Origin: Octopus sinensis
Taxonomy: Eukaryota
Direction: 5' to 3'
Length of the DNA: 64,000 nt
Assembly (NCBI RefSeq): GCF_006345805.1
Contig: NC_043018.1
Coordinates: 19,034,001-19,098,000, forward strand
Below the pieces are notes generated by a model, which had not been told where the DNA came from, did no database searches, and worked only from the letters and a program-made list of their open reading frames with translations. The stretch's first letter is position 1; every line of letters starts with the position of its first letter. Position numbers and translations under genes: made by a program. Positions 50,903-64,000 of the stretch are shown piece after piece.

Positions 50903-52188
50903 TGTAATATAAAGCTGACTGTTGTTCCTGTTATACACGTGCTGTATGTCTCCCTAGAATTAGTGTTCTGTTTTTTATAGCAGTTTCAAATTTTGGCTCA
51001 AGGCCAGCTATTTTGGGGGAGGTGCTAAGTTGATTACTTGAACCCCAGTATTCAACTGGTACTTATTTTATTGACCTAAAAGGATGAAAAGTAAAGTCTA
51101 CCTTGGTGGAATTTGAACTTGGAACATAAAGATGGACAAAATACTACTAAGCATTTTCCCATGTGTGCTAACTAACTCTGCCAACCTGTCTCCTGTTTTG
51201 TTTTAATATTGAAACACATTTTGTTTAGTGTCTAACATTCATTTCCTTGTAGTTTTCTGGGTCATTTTTTCAATATTTTTTTGTCAGATTAGTTATAGAC
51301 AGATTTTTCTTTTTCCTGCTGTGTGAAGTAGGAGTGGAACCTGTTTGTGCGAATGAGTCAAACTAGAAATAAGTGAATTATATCTTGGGCTTCTTTCGGT
51401 ATCTGTAAATGTTAGCAGAGTTCGTGGAGAGCCTTGTTCAATGAACTAGTTCGATAGATATGTGTGGAATGCATAGCTGAATAGAATATGCTGGATATTG
51501 TCATTGAGCTGAAGACTGGATTCAAAAGGTGCAGGAGGGAATGGTAAAGGTGTTGGAATTGTAGAGGATATGGTAAATGGTAGATGCAAGAGTTGGGGTG
51601 TGTTGGGTTGTTAGGTCAGGCCAGCAGACTTAGAGACAAGTGAAATCTGTGATTGATGATGATGATGATGATAATTCAGCAGTAAAAATGGGGTCCAGCT
51701 GTTTATTTAATGAAAGGTATATTTTGCTAGGGAATGGCATTTCCAAATATTTGATATTTCTGAAGTTAATGCTTCTTAGCTTTGTAAGTTTTGACTGTCA
51801 ATGTGTTTGTTGTTGTTACCGCTGCCACCACCACCACCACCTACTACTACCACCCGCAACCACCACCTACTACTACTACTAGCTGGAGCTCACAATAGAC
51901 CTGTAGGTGTCTGGTTTACCTCCAGTTTCTTTGCTTTTTATAATACAGCAGGTCTGGACTGTTGTATATATTGTATATACACTCCCACGAAGGCTTTACT
52001 GTCAGCGATGAGGGTTTGGCAGAGTTGTAAGAGTATATTTAGTAATGGCTGAGGTCATCTTCACCTCTTGCCCAATCTGGGTCAATAGAATAAGCTATCA
52101 GTTAAGCACTAGGGATCAATTGGATTGCACCCTTCCCTCCACAGTAAAATGTAAACCAACTGTGGCCCTGTGTCAGTGATCAAAGCCA

Positions 52189-52416
52189 TTTACCTTTTAG
52201 TATTCAAACCAGCCATATTGGGCCCAAATATTCAGTTTTATGTTCAAACTGACTAGATCCAGCCTCTCACACTTGCCCTACAATGTCATTCTAAAAATAA
52301 GCAATCACATCCACTAAGAATCTCAAACCACTAAGATAAAGCGTGATTAATTCAAAACAATGTGAATAAATAAGCATTTCATTTGGGGCAGAGTTACCTG
52401 AATGTTAAAGGGTTAA
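52189..52416. mobile_element. piggyBac-like MITE (diverged copy)
   Basis: Homologous to 17111-17339; ends AAAGGGTTAA. Confidence 0.7.
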
Positions 52417-53427
52417 ATTTAATGAAAGCCCTTGAGACGTAGATGTGGTTAACTAATGACCCCTACCAAATTCATCAGGGTATGTCTTCTTCCTGTTTAC
52501 ATTCTGAGTTCAGATCTCATGTGGAAGTGATAATAGAGGTACCAGTCATATACACAGGGTTAATTCAATCATCTGATTATACTTGTTCTTTACAAGTTTG
52601 TGGCATTCAATCTACCAATCTTGGTTTTGTTGCTTTTTTTTTGTGGCAGGAAGGGTCTTCTTTCCTGTTTCCACCCAGTTTGTTGATAGGGGCCTGATTA
52701 TTTTTTATTGGTACAATTGTTGCACGATGCTATTTTTTGCCACTAATCTGTTCGGCACTGTTTGCGGGGTTTCAGCCCTGGGCTTTCTTTTTCCCACCCT
52801 CACTCAGACTTAGCCAATTTGAATCGTCTAACTTACTACAACGCAGTTACAGCAGTGATGTTGTTGTTGTTGTTCTTGCTATTCTGTAATCAGTGGATCA
52901 ATAACTTCGCATCCAGTGTTGTTCATTTGTTGATTGCCAGCAACAGCCAGCCAACCCCCATCATATGAGTGTTGTTGTTTGTTTAACCCATTTAAGGCCA
53001 CACTTCAGCTACTTTTACTTGTTCCAGTTATTGGACTGTGGCCATGCTGGGGCACCACCATGACAAAATTTTAGTTTGGGGCAAACACAGACACTACAAC
53101 TCACACACACACATGATGAGCTTCTTTCAGTTTCCACCTATCAAATCCACTTGCCCAAGGTGCCATGCCGTGGGACTGAACCCTGAACCATATGGTTGGG
53201 AGCAAGCATCTTATCACACAGCCATTCCTGAATATCCTTTTACTTGTTTGTCATTTGACTGGGCCATGCTGGAGCACTGCCTTTAGTCGAACAAATCGAC
53301 CCCAGGACTTATTTTTTGTAAGCCTAGTACTTATTTTATCTGTCTCTTTTGCCGAACTGCTGTGTGACGGGGACCTAAACACATCAGTATTGGTTGTCAA
53401 GCGATGGTGGGGGGACAAACGCACACA

Positions 53428-53458
<31 letters not shown>

Positions 53459-54544
53459 CTCACAGGCACTCACAGATATACATATGATGGGCTTCTTTCA
53501 GTTCCTATCTACCAAATCCACTTACAAGGCTTTGGTCAGCCTGAGGCTATAGTAGAAAGCACTTGTCCAAGGTTCCACGCAGTGGGACTGAACCCTGAAA
53601 CACACAGCTATTCCTGAATAGCATTTATAAATTTTTACTTTTTCTTCCTAAGAACTCTTTCATTGTATTTCTCTTGTTACTTGGCTTATTGGAAATGGTG
53701 TAAATACTGTAAATATGAAATATGTAACGAAAGATCCACGGAAGTCTTTTGCAATATTGTTGATGTTCAATTTAAAACCTCTGTCCCCAAAATGGGACAT
53801 TGGCTGTTGATACGTTACAGCAGACACTGTTTCAGTTTTATAGAACCTTTGTATTTTTCGCGAGGAAAAATAAACCTCTTTCCATTGTATACATGTATTT
53901 GCCATACAGCTAAACTTATTTTGGATTTAGTTAACCTTAAGATGGACTTATAAAACCAGTCTCTGTCCTTCTAAACACTTAGAGATGATGAATTCTTGAA
54001 TGAGTATGTGGTTGACCATTGGTACACTCTGTTGAAAAGGCTGAAGCACATCATGTGTTCTTGTGGGCCACTGTGAAGTAAATTGTCATGTCTTTGATAT
54101 TTATTGTTTTTAACACAGTACATCCGTAAGAGATGTCATTTTGGGACAAATGCTGCGGGAACTGGCCTATCAACCGTGTATATACATTAAGTATGCTGTA
54201 TAGATTGCTAATTTGAACATGTTTTCTATAACTATTATTTACTATTTCATATCTGTTTTCAAGGTAAATAATGGGTGTGTGATGGGTTTTTTTTTTATAT
54301 ATGTATTTTTTTGTTGGAGCAATTGTTTGTACATGGTAGGTGTGCTTGTTATTATTCAGTTGTGAAGTTGGTGTTGAAGAATGTGTTCAATATAATGTCT
54401 TCTTTGTATTCTGGGAATAATGATAATAGATTTCTCACAAATTGATTTGACCTCATTATATAACTGGTATGATTTCATTAACAATGGATATCAAGGTGGC
54501 CCAAGGGAGAAGAAACTAAAAATCACTAGTTATTTAGTCTATTC

Positions 54545-55260
54545 CCCTAATAATAATAATATTGTTTCTACAATAGGCACAAGGCCTGAAATTTTGAGGG
54601 AGTTGGGCAGTCGATTAGATCGACCTCCCCCCACCAGTATGCAACTGGTACTTAATTTATTGACCCCAAAGGGATGAAAGGCAAAGTTGACCTCAGTGGA
54701 ATTTGAACTCAGAACATAGCAGTTGACGAAATACGTCCAGCATGCTAACGATTCTGCCAGCTCGCTGCCTTTCTAATAATAATAATTGCAAAAATAACTT
54801 TGGCCCTAGGCCAGCAATTTGGAGGGGAGGGGGTAACTTGATTACATTGGTCTGCACTACTTGACTGGTCTTTATTTTATTGACCCCCGAAAGGATGAAA
54901 GGTAAAATGGATCTTGGCAGAATTTGAATTCAGAACATAATTAGTCAGAAGAAATGCTGCAAAGCAATTTTCTGATGCTCTGACAATTCCACCAGTTCAC
55001 TATTAATGATGATGATGATGATGATGATGATAATAATAATAATCTTTGCTCCTCTAGGCACAAGGCCCAAAATTTTTTGGGAGGGGGCCAGTCGATTAGA
55101 TCAACCCCAGTACTCAACTGGTACTTAATTTATTGACGCCGAAAGGATGAAAGGCAAAGTCGACCTTGGCGGAATTTGAACTCAGAATGTAAAGACAGAT
55201 GAAATACTGCTAAGCATTTGACCCAGTGTGTTAACGTTTCTGCCTTTTATAATAATAATG
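54545..55260 (-). mobile_element. Three SINE family E copies in tandem, separated by (TAA)/(GAT) tracts
   Basis: Three GAAAGG..AAAGT.GA.CT.GGC.GAATTTGAA.TCAGAA-like blocks near 54675, 54895 and 55150. Confidence 0.8.
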
Positions 55261-55492
55261 ATAATTTATCAAAGGGTCATCGGGTTATGCAGAATGAGTA
55301 GAGTTATTTAATTCACATTCCAGGGATAACAAAGGTTTGTTTTTTTGTTCCAAGTACAAAACATTAATTACATTTGGTGAGAAGCATTACATTTATATAT
55401 AAATATAATGGAAATTAAAAGAAAAGCTGTACATACATACATTTCTATACATATGTATAAGATACCAATATCTATGTGTGTGTGTGTATATA

Positions 55493-55891
55493 TCTTTATA
55501 TATAAAAGTGAGGTGGTGTGCTGTCTGTCTCCTACGATTTAGATTCCTAACTACTCCCACATTTTGCGGTGCAGTTTAACCAAAACCGGATATCTTATAG
55601 TTGTGATTCATATCGAGCCCTTCTGGGTATTAGTGCGCGTCTACGATGAGTCTACAATTTAAAAAAAAATTTACCATCAATTTTTCCCATTTTAAATGCA
55701 TTTTTGGCATATATAAGGGAAGTAACTCTCTAAAAATTTATTATTAAATCTCAGAACGTAAAAAGCTACAGTAACAGCCCCACCCCTTTGTGGTTAGCCA
55801 TATTGAGATGGCTATTATACTTTACATCTCTAAAAATGCTTATATAGTTATTTCCCTTACAAACCCGAGCAACGCCGGGCGATACTGCTAG
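55493..55891 (+). mobile_element. Non-autonomous Helitron (copy 3)
   Basis: A|TC start, hairpin, CTAG|T end. Confidence 0.88.
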
Positions 55892-56437
55892 TATATGAAT
55901 AAAATACTGATGACTGTGTATACACACACAGCCATGCCTATGCACTTCATGTGTTTGTGTGTATGTGTAGATAGAAAGTATTTGTAGTGTAGAGTGGGTC
56001 ACATGGGGATATAATGCCAATCTTCCCTACTGGCTGCTTGTCAATTTTATCCTTCAACTCTTTGTGCTATGATTACAGGAGTTTTTCTTGTCCACTACAC
56101 CATCCTCTACACCATCCAGATGTTTCTCTGAAACACATTCCTTCTGAGTTATTGGTCCAAAACATTGCTCAAGGGGATTCTCTCAATATCATTGGTCTTT
56201 GACAGAATATCTTCGTTATTGGTAGATCGATTTTAGCACCATCGATGCAAAATTGATTGGTGCAGAGCCCTGCAGATAAATTACGTTGGAACTTTATTTT
56301 TCTCTTGTGGTGATGTATGGTATGGAGTGCTAATGGCAGCTATGAATTCTTCGATAAGGGGTGGACAAACAAACACTTTTTCATTAAATTCTTCAATAAT
56401 AGATTTATCTTCAGTATTGAGACTATATTCTTTTCCT

Positions 56438-56666
56438 TTAACCCTTTACTGTTCGCATTATTCTACCAAAATTAATGCTTCTTCATCCACATTGCCTTGA
56501 ACTAATCATGCATTATCTTGTAGCTTTGAGATTTTGACGAGGTAGCTGTTAATTTTTAAAACGATATTGTAGGGTTGGTGTGAGAGACCAGACCTGGCCA
56601 TTTTGAACATAAAACAAGCAGAATACTTTTGGCCGGATATGGCCGGTTTAAATGCTAAAGGGTTAA
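56438..56666. mobile_element. piggyBac-like MITE (inverted copy)
   Basis: TTAACCCTTT...AAAGGGTTAA, 229 bp. Confidence 0.8.
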
Positions 56667-56694
56667 GAGCCATTGTTTACTTTGTCTGTTGTCA

Positions 56695-56910
56695 TCCCTA
56701 AGCTTTAAGTAATCTGGTCGAGGGAAATCGCTTTGATGGGGTTTCCCCTCCCCCCGTTTTGAACCAAATTTTTATTTCTACTTGTGACTTTGGAGCGATG
56801 ATATCATAGAATTTACTGAGCAGTATTATTACATCAGTGTCTCGGCTTTGAACCATCTCAAAAGTTGAATATCGGAGAATGTAGGGAGCAAATTTCCAGA
56901 ACACAAGTAT
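56695..56910 (-). mobile_element. Possible DNA-transposon nuclease-domain relic (Academ/XPG-like)
   Basis: ORF 56698-56904 contains VQSRDTDVIILL...IWFKTGGG. Confidence 0.3.
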
Positions 56911-57679
56911 TCATCTTGTTAAATTAAGGGTGACCAGGAACTAAATGGTAACAACCACCTCATCAGGACATTTATTGGCAGGTAGAAGTTCTGTCAAGCA
57001 ATATTTCAAAGTTGAGGCTTTTTGTCTTTGGAGAAAAGACATATTCTAATCCCTTGCAGTTTCATCTATCATTTTAGTTCTTTTACCATAACTACCAGGT
57101 GAGATAAACGTACCTGTATCTCTTGCTGAACTTTATTATTATTATTATTATTTGGGTGGTGAGCTGGCAGAATCGTTAGCACGCTGGGTGGAGTACTTAG
57201 TGGTATTTTGTCTGCCGCATTGTAAAGCGTGAATCCTAACTTTTCAGTTCAGTTCAGTGGTAACATGGATAGCTTGCTTGTAAAAATAATTGCTAAAAAC
57301 AACTAAAGCGGGAACCCAACATTATTTGATAACTTTAAAAGTTATTGTAAAATACTCTAAAGCAGTTATATAAAAAAATTGAGCCCTGAAAATGTAGAAG
57401 GATCAAAAAAACTTGTTTGCTCAGTCAAGGGATTAAAGTAAATTATGCAAACTATATGATGTACACACATACACACACACACACACACGTTGACATGGTG
57501 GCAATAGGTAGTTCTATGTAACTGAAACTTGTAACTTGTCTGTGTTTGTTTGTTTGTTTTTTTTAAAAAAAAAAAATCCCTCTTATGTAGTTCCTCCTAT
57601 CAGATATTGAGCGACAGTTGTGAAGTGTGTGTATATAGATACTGGTGTTCTAATTATAGCAGTTTAGTCAGGAGAGAAT

Positions 57680-57682
57680 ACC

Positions 57683-57723
<41 letters not shown>

Positions 57724-57781
57724 CATTACTACCATTACTACTACTACTACTACCACCACCACCACTATTACTACTACCACC

Positions 57782-57813
<32 letters not shown>

Positions 57814-58052
57814 CACTACTACTACCACTACCACCACTACCACCACTACCACTACCACCACCACCACTACCACCACCACTACTACTACCACTACCACCAC
57901 CACCACTACTACTACTACCACCACCACCACCACTACCACCACCACTACTACTACTACCACTACCACCACCACCACTACTACTACTACTACCACCAACCAC
58001 CACTACTACTACTACTACCACCACCACCACCACTACTACTACCACCACCACC

Positions 58053-58084
<32 letters not shown>

Positions 58085-58100
58085 CACTACCACCACCACC

Positions 58101-58131
<31 letters not shown>

Positions 58132-58151
58132 TTACCACTACCACCACCACC

Positions 58152-58189
<38 letters not shown>

Positions 58190-58214
58190 CACCACTACTA
58201 CTACCACCACCACC

Positions 58215-58266
<52 letters not shown>

Positions 58267-58410
58267 TCACCACCACTACTACTACTACCACCACCACCAC
58301 TACTACTACTACCACCACCACCACTACTACTACCATTACTACCATTACTACTACTACTACCACCACCACTACTACCACCACCACCACCACTACTACTACT
58401 ACTACTACTG
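57680..58410. repeat. ~730-bp compound (CAC/TAC)n microsatellite
   Basis: Direct sequence. Confidence 0.97.
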
Positions 58411-59188
58411 TTACTGCAATTGTGTTGTAATTTTGAGCAGGTGACATAACTCAGCTTGGCTCTGTTTGATTGGACAAAAACCAAAACAGGCCAGTCTTCT
58501 CAATGGCTCACATCTGGTTTCATCTTTCCCGAGTTATTGATCTTTAAACTCCAAATGAGTATGTGCAGCGGTATTTTGAAAGCAACAGTGCAAAAAAATA
58601 AAACAGAGAGAATAGTCAGAAGTGTCAACAAGTTCTCCTATTTTCAGGAATGGGTCCAAGATACACTTGTACAATAATGCCATGATTTTTGGTAGAGAGA
58701 CATAAACAGAGAGAGGTTGTTTAGCCACAGGTCAGGTTTGACTGAGTTGCTTCAACCATTGCTGTCCTGTCGTCTTCTTCAGTGTATCTAGAACTACATC
58801 ATCGAATGTGTTCTTCTGAAGGCCATTGGCTGTCATTTGAGTGAGATTTAACTAACTGTTTCTAGCATACAGAAATCCCTCGACTATCGCAGGTGTTGTG
58901 TTCCAAAACCCCCACCCCCCGTGATAGGTGAAAATTCGCAATGTAGGAACAGTACTCTCTTTTACTCTTTTTACTTGTTTCAGTCATTTGACTGCGGCCA
59001 TGCTGGAGCACCACCTTTAGTCGAGCAACTCGACCCCGGGACTTATTCTTTTTTTGTAAGCCCAGTACTTATTCTATCAGTCTCTTTTGCTGAACCGCTA
59101 AGTTACAGGGACGTAAACACACCAGCATCTGTTGTCAAGCGATGTTGGGTGGACAAACACAGACACACAAACATATAGACACACACAC

Positions 59189-59223
<35 letters not shown>

Positions 59224-60039
59224 CTACGGGCTTCTTTCAGTTTCCGTCAACCAAATCCACTCACAAGTTGATGCCAATTCTTAAGAGGAATGTGGCTGGA
59301 ATGGAGTTGGAAGAAAGCAAGATTGCCCTTAACTGGGGTTCATTCGGTAAGGGTAGTAGTGCACTTTGTCTGTTGCTAGTTTGCATCAATCTTCTCTTTT
59401 CCTTTGCTGAAAAATTGCAGGACAGGAAACTGCACAAACTTGTCTGATTACTTTTCTATCCAAGCATGAAACAATATTGTGTTTATTAAAAGATATCTGT
59501 CTGTCTGACTGTCTCTGTCTGTTTGTCAATCTGAATGTCTGTCTGTCTGTCTTTTTCTTCCTGTCTGTGTGTGTTTGTGGACATGGCTGTGTGGTTAAGA
59601 AGTCCTCCACTTCACAACCACATTGTTTCAGGTTGATTCCCCCACTGCATGGCACCTTAGACAAGTGTCTCCTGCTCTATCCCTGGGCTGACCAATTCCT
59701 CATGAATGGATTTGAATTTGGTAGATGAAAACAGAAAGGGAATCAGTCACGTATGTGTGTCCGTGTGTCCATCCTATTTTTCCCTGAACATTGTGCACTA
59801 ATTGAAAGTGAGTGCCAGTTTCACGCAACCAGTGTTGTTTGTTTGCAATATCCCATGGGACCAAGTTTGGTGTTTGCAATATCCCATGGGACCAAGTTTG
59901 GTGTTTGCACTGTTCATATTTGAAACATTAGCGGGGAAAATATTACCTTGCTTTGTAAGAGGTGCTGTTTAACAAGAAGAGCATCCCGCCATAGATAATT
60001 TCGTCAGTTTGTTAGACGAATCATTTCATTTGAGTTTGA

Positions 60040-60545
60040 GTCCATGCTCAGGCCAAGTCGAAGACTCCACCCTCAGAGTCTGGTGTGGTTGCCAGGTTGT
60101 ATTCTCTGTTTAATTTTGACATGTGTAGGAGTGAGTTTGAGTCAGTTTGTGCTCGTTGTGTATATCCTGGGAGATGGGGTTCATCTCTAATGGTGCTTAA
60201 GTATCTATCCAGCTGCAATTTGAATGATTCCACACTGCATCCTGATAGATTTCTGACATGTACCGGAATGGAGTTGAATAGTTGTGCTCCTCGAACCAAC
60301 AGACTTGACTCTCGCAGGGTTTTTGCTGTCTGGTCAGCCTTTTTGTTGATTGGTGGTAGCTAGCAGCGTCTTCCGTGGCGCAGTGAGTGGTAGGTTTTGA
60401 TACCAAAGTTTGGCACCTTTTGCTCTATCATTTTCCAAATGTATATAATTCGGTATCGCTCAAATCTTTCTATTGAGTACATCTTCAAGGTTTTGAGTCT
60501 TAGTTTTGAAGTGTTCTTTGAACAGTGAGATGTCAGTTTAACTGG
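60040..60545 (-). mobile_element. CR1-like LINE ORF2 3' end
   Basis: ORFs 60360-60596 and 60048-60299 (YSIER.ERYRIIYIWK, GAQLFNSIP, FKLQLDRYLSTIRDEP). Confidence 0.85.
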
Positions 60546-60627
60546 AAAGAAACAATGCATTTTGTTTATAAGAAGATTTGAAATTAATGCATGCAAGATT
60601 TCACAGCTCTAGCATCACTCCTTCATA

Positions 60628-61250
60628 GACCCTAACCCTAACCGTACGAACTTTCAGCCCACCCTCATATATGTACGTGTACATCTTCTCCACACATACA
60701 CAAATGAAGAAATTGGGGTGGGGGAGAAATTAAATTTTGAAATGCCAATTTTTGGATCTTTTCGGTTTGAACTGCAGTTTTTAAAATAATTCCCACGTAA
60801 CTAAACACTTTTAAACTTCGTATACTGGTAGAATGTGTTTATAAAACATTTTTCTCTCTTGGTTTTGTTGAGAAAATTCTATACTTTGTAAGATATTTGT
60901 TGTTTTTTTTCTTCAATTTCTGAAATTTCAACCAATCAATGACGTCTATTGAGGTAAAAAAAACCATTCTGTGTCGTATGAATATGTCCCTCGTTTAAGA
61001 AACACATTGGGTTTATTTACATTTGTGAAGCAAAAAAGATACCTTCACCCCACCCCTAAAACAGATTGAAATGCAATAGATCGATTACTAGGGTCCAAAT
61101 TATGGGTGACAATTTCATATGACACCGCTAGAAAAAACTGCCGTTCAAACAGAAAAGATCCCATTTTTTTTTTTTACAGATTCGGAATCTCCGTGGCCAA
61201 AAACGTGGGTTTCTAGAAAAAAAAAAAAAAAAGTAAGAGGGTGTGGTGAC
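60628..61250. mobile_element. Unclassified repeat with a 30-bp subterminal inverted repeat
   Basis: GGATCTTTTCGGTTTGAACTGCAGTTTTT (from 60754) versus AAAAAACTGCCGTTCAAACAGAAAAGATCC (61132-61161); CCCTAACCCTAACC near 60629. Confidence 0.45.
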
Positions 61251-62149
61251 GGCCCGCCAAACAGACATCGACATACATACATCTATTATTTGCCTGTTGT
61301 CTTTCACTGTCCCTTAAACACTATAATTATCTCAGGTCGTTCATTATAGCCTTGGATATTAACGGACAATCCTGGAAACTTTTAAATAGCCGTTCTCGTA
61401 TTTATCCTAAACCACCAACTGGTCAATGTTACTCCTAGTCATACTTATTTCTTTATTACCCACAAGGGGCTAAACATAGAGGAGACAAACAAGGACAGAC
61501 ATGGGTATTAAGTCGATTACATCGACCCCAGTGCGTAACTGGTACTTAATTTATCGACCCCGAAAGGATGAAAGGCAAAGTCGACCTTGGCGGAATTTGA
61601 ACTCAGAACGTAGCGCCAGACGAAATACTCTTAGTCATACTGTTCCCGCGCCACCACCGTCTCCCGTTTTATTGTGTCACTGGCGACTGCTGCTACTAGC
61701 AACAACCGCCACTTTCTTAGTTTCGTATTTACTTCTCTGTTAATTGCGGCCCGTGTGGCCAACACAGAATTGTTGTTTATTATTTACAGCTACTGTCACC
61801 GTATTTAATAATGATAAAAGTTGGCAGGCATTAACATGTAATCGCTACCTCGTCCATCGTGCCTTCTATTGCATCGTAACCATGTTCTCTGTCATCGATT
61901 AGTCAGCAGAGAAAGGAAGAAAGAGAGATAGATAGATAAATAGAGAGAAAGGGAGGGATAGATAGATAAATAGATAGATAGATAGGGAGAGAGAGAGAGA
62001 GAGAGAATGATCTGTAGTAGTTATGTCAATGAATTTTCTAGTCTTCGCTTCCTGCCCATTTTTTCCCCCACCCCCCAAGAAGATACCTTTGTCCTCTGTC
62101 TCCAAGACTGAAATGTTTTTAATTTATTTTTGTGTCTTTCTCCACTCTG

Positions 62150-62435
62150 TACACACACACACAAGTATGTATGTATGTGTATGTGTGTGTGTATGTATCT
62201 ATGTATGTGTGTGTGTATGTATCTATGTGTGTGTGTATGCATGTATGTATGTATGTGTGTGTGTGTGTATGCATGTATGTATGTGTGTGTGTATGTGTGT
62301 GTGTATGTATGTGTGTGTGTGTGTATGTATGTATGTGTGTGTATGTATCTATGTATGTGTGTGTGTGTGTGTGTGTGTGTATGTATCTGTGTATGTATCT
62401 ATGTATGTGTGTGTGTGTGTGTATGTATCTATGTA

Positions 62436-62466
<31 letters not shown>

Positions 62467-63230
62467 ATGTATGTATGTGTGTGTATGTATCTATGTTTGT
62501 ATGTGTGTATATACACTCGCGCTCACACGCATATAGTTTCTTAGAAATTTGATTACGTCTACAGACTGGTGGCAGAGCAGCGACATTAGCTGTAACTGCC
62601 AACGCGAGGATGCACACCCACACACTCACTCGTATATATATATGTATGTTGAACTTGAGAGACCAGTGTTAACATCGATTTGTAAAGCGTGTATAAAACT
62701 GCAGATTGCCCAACACTGTTGACTATCCGTAATGGATTGCGGAGCGAAAAACGTAACAGTAGAGGAGGAGGAGGCGGCGGCTGTGGTCAGCCTTGCGCGC
62801 TCTGTATGTTCGTCTGTCTGTCTGTCTGTCTGTCTGTCTTGTAATGTGTAAGCCGTCTGTCTGTGTGTCCCTCATCCCCCCCCCCACTCCTGCTCTCGAC
62901 TTGTGAATTTATAATCTTGACGTCATGTGATATCACTCGTGCACAAAGGCTGCCGTTGTCGGTTTCACTATATTTCGGTCTTTAACGAACGAACGAACGA
63001 ACACACACACACGCATACATAACTTGTTACACACACACACACACACATAACTTGTCACACACACACACATACATAACTTGTGACACGCACGCACGCGCAC
63101 ATAACTTGTCACACACACACACACAACTTGTCACACACACACACACACAACTTGTCACACACACACACACATAACTTGTCTCACACACACACACATATAC
63201 ATAACTTGTCACACACACACACACACAGTT
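62150..63230. repeat. (TG/TATG) microsatellite (62150-62510) and CACACACATAACTTGT minisatellite (about 63000-63230)
   Basis: Direct sequence. Confidence 0.85.
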
Positions 63231-64000
63231 TCTTGCTCATGTGTGCGTGTGTGTTGTACGACCTAAACTGATCCGTCCTTGCCCCTCCCACACAATAAGT
63301 AGTCGACGTGTGTGTTGTGTAATACGGCCTTGTTCACACACACCGTCTGATGATAATGATTATAAACCATCGGTAAACAACAGTTGGCGGGTTCGGTTTC
63401 CATTCGTACCTTCATAGCTGCGATTGCCGGTTGACGTGGGTTGTTTAGAGGGAGATGGGCGGGGATCTTTCGTTTTTAATATTTAGAACAGGCATAGATA
63501 ACCTTTTAAGAGAAACAGGTCGCACAAGACGAGGATCATCATCAGGCGGGGCTGTTGCACTAAAAAAAATTATGGTAATTATCTGTTGTGCTATTTAGAA
63601 AGTCACGGGGACCGTAGTTTGCTCATGACTAACCTAAAACTTGAAAGAATGAACTATTTTCAACGAAACTTACCCAGTGCCCTTTTTTTATTTTTTAAAC
63701 CTATATTTTATTACTGTGTGTTCAGTACTATGGCTGTTCACATAGCTAGTACGACCTTCTAAAATTTTTATCGCTAGTTTGTTTCTACTCTGCTGGCCAT
63801 CCAGGTGTCTCAAGTCTTCAACTGATGTCCTCTCTACCCTGGGCCATCCACTGGACAAAATTGCTGATGATATAGCGATGCAACTTAACTTTTATAGGCG
63901 CAGGAGTGGCTGTGTGGTAAGTAGCTTGCTAACCAACCACATGGTTCCGGGTTCAGTCCCACTGCGTGGCACCTTGGGCAAGTGTCTTCTGCTATAGCCC

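Noticed and set aside
52982-53000. NPF codons (AACCCATTT) as SCAMP exon 2
   Set aside because: No acceptor, no DPS/EY context, and embedded in repeat-like sequence
60628-60642. Interstitial telomere
   Set aside because: Only about two TTAGGG units, within a dispersed repeat

Overview
Eukaryotic (metazoan) genomic DNA, AT-rich and packed with microsatellites, SINEs and LINE/DNA-transposon relics. The repeat landscape suggests an octopus/cephalopod, which is my inference and not a database result. The only host gene I can support is coding exon 1 of a SCAMP (secretory carrier membrane protein) gene at 28496-28552 (+), MSGFDSNPFADPEAANPFA followed by a GTGAGT donor. It sits in a CpG-retaining promoter region, and I found no further SCAMP exon, so the remaining ~35 kb is probably intron 1. 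Mobile DNA includes a young Tx1-type L1 fragment next to a (TC)n tract, two Dong/R4 fragments in (TAA)n tracts, RTE, CR1 and Penelope relics, pogo/Tigger and mariner relics, piggyBac-like MITEs, three non-autonomous Helitrons and several tRNA-derived SINE families. Nearly all ORFs in the supplied track are microsatellite or TE artefacts. I found no clear new protein-coding system. The best leads are microsatellite-targeted retroelements with possible non-autonomous partners, SINE and CR1 multimers with identical junctions at separate loci, hammerhead-like motifs in Penelope-type ends, and a 4-unit repeat beside the SCAMP promoter in which only one unit keeps a splice-donor motif. TE boundaries were read by eye and are approximate unless a TSD or terminus is given.
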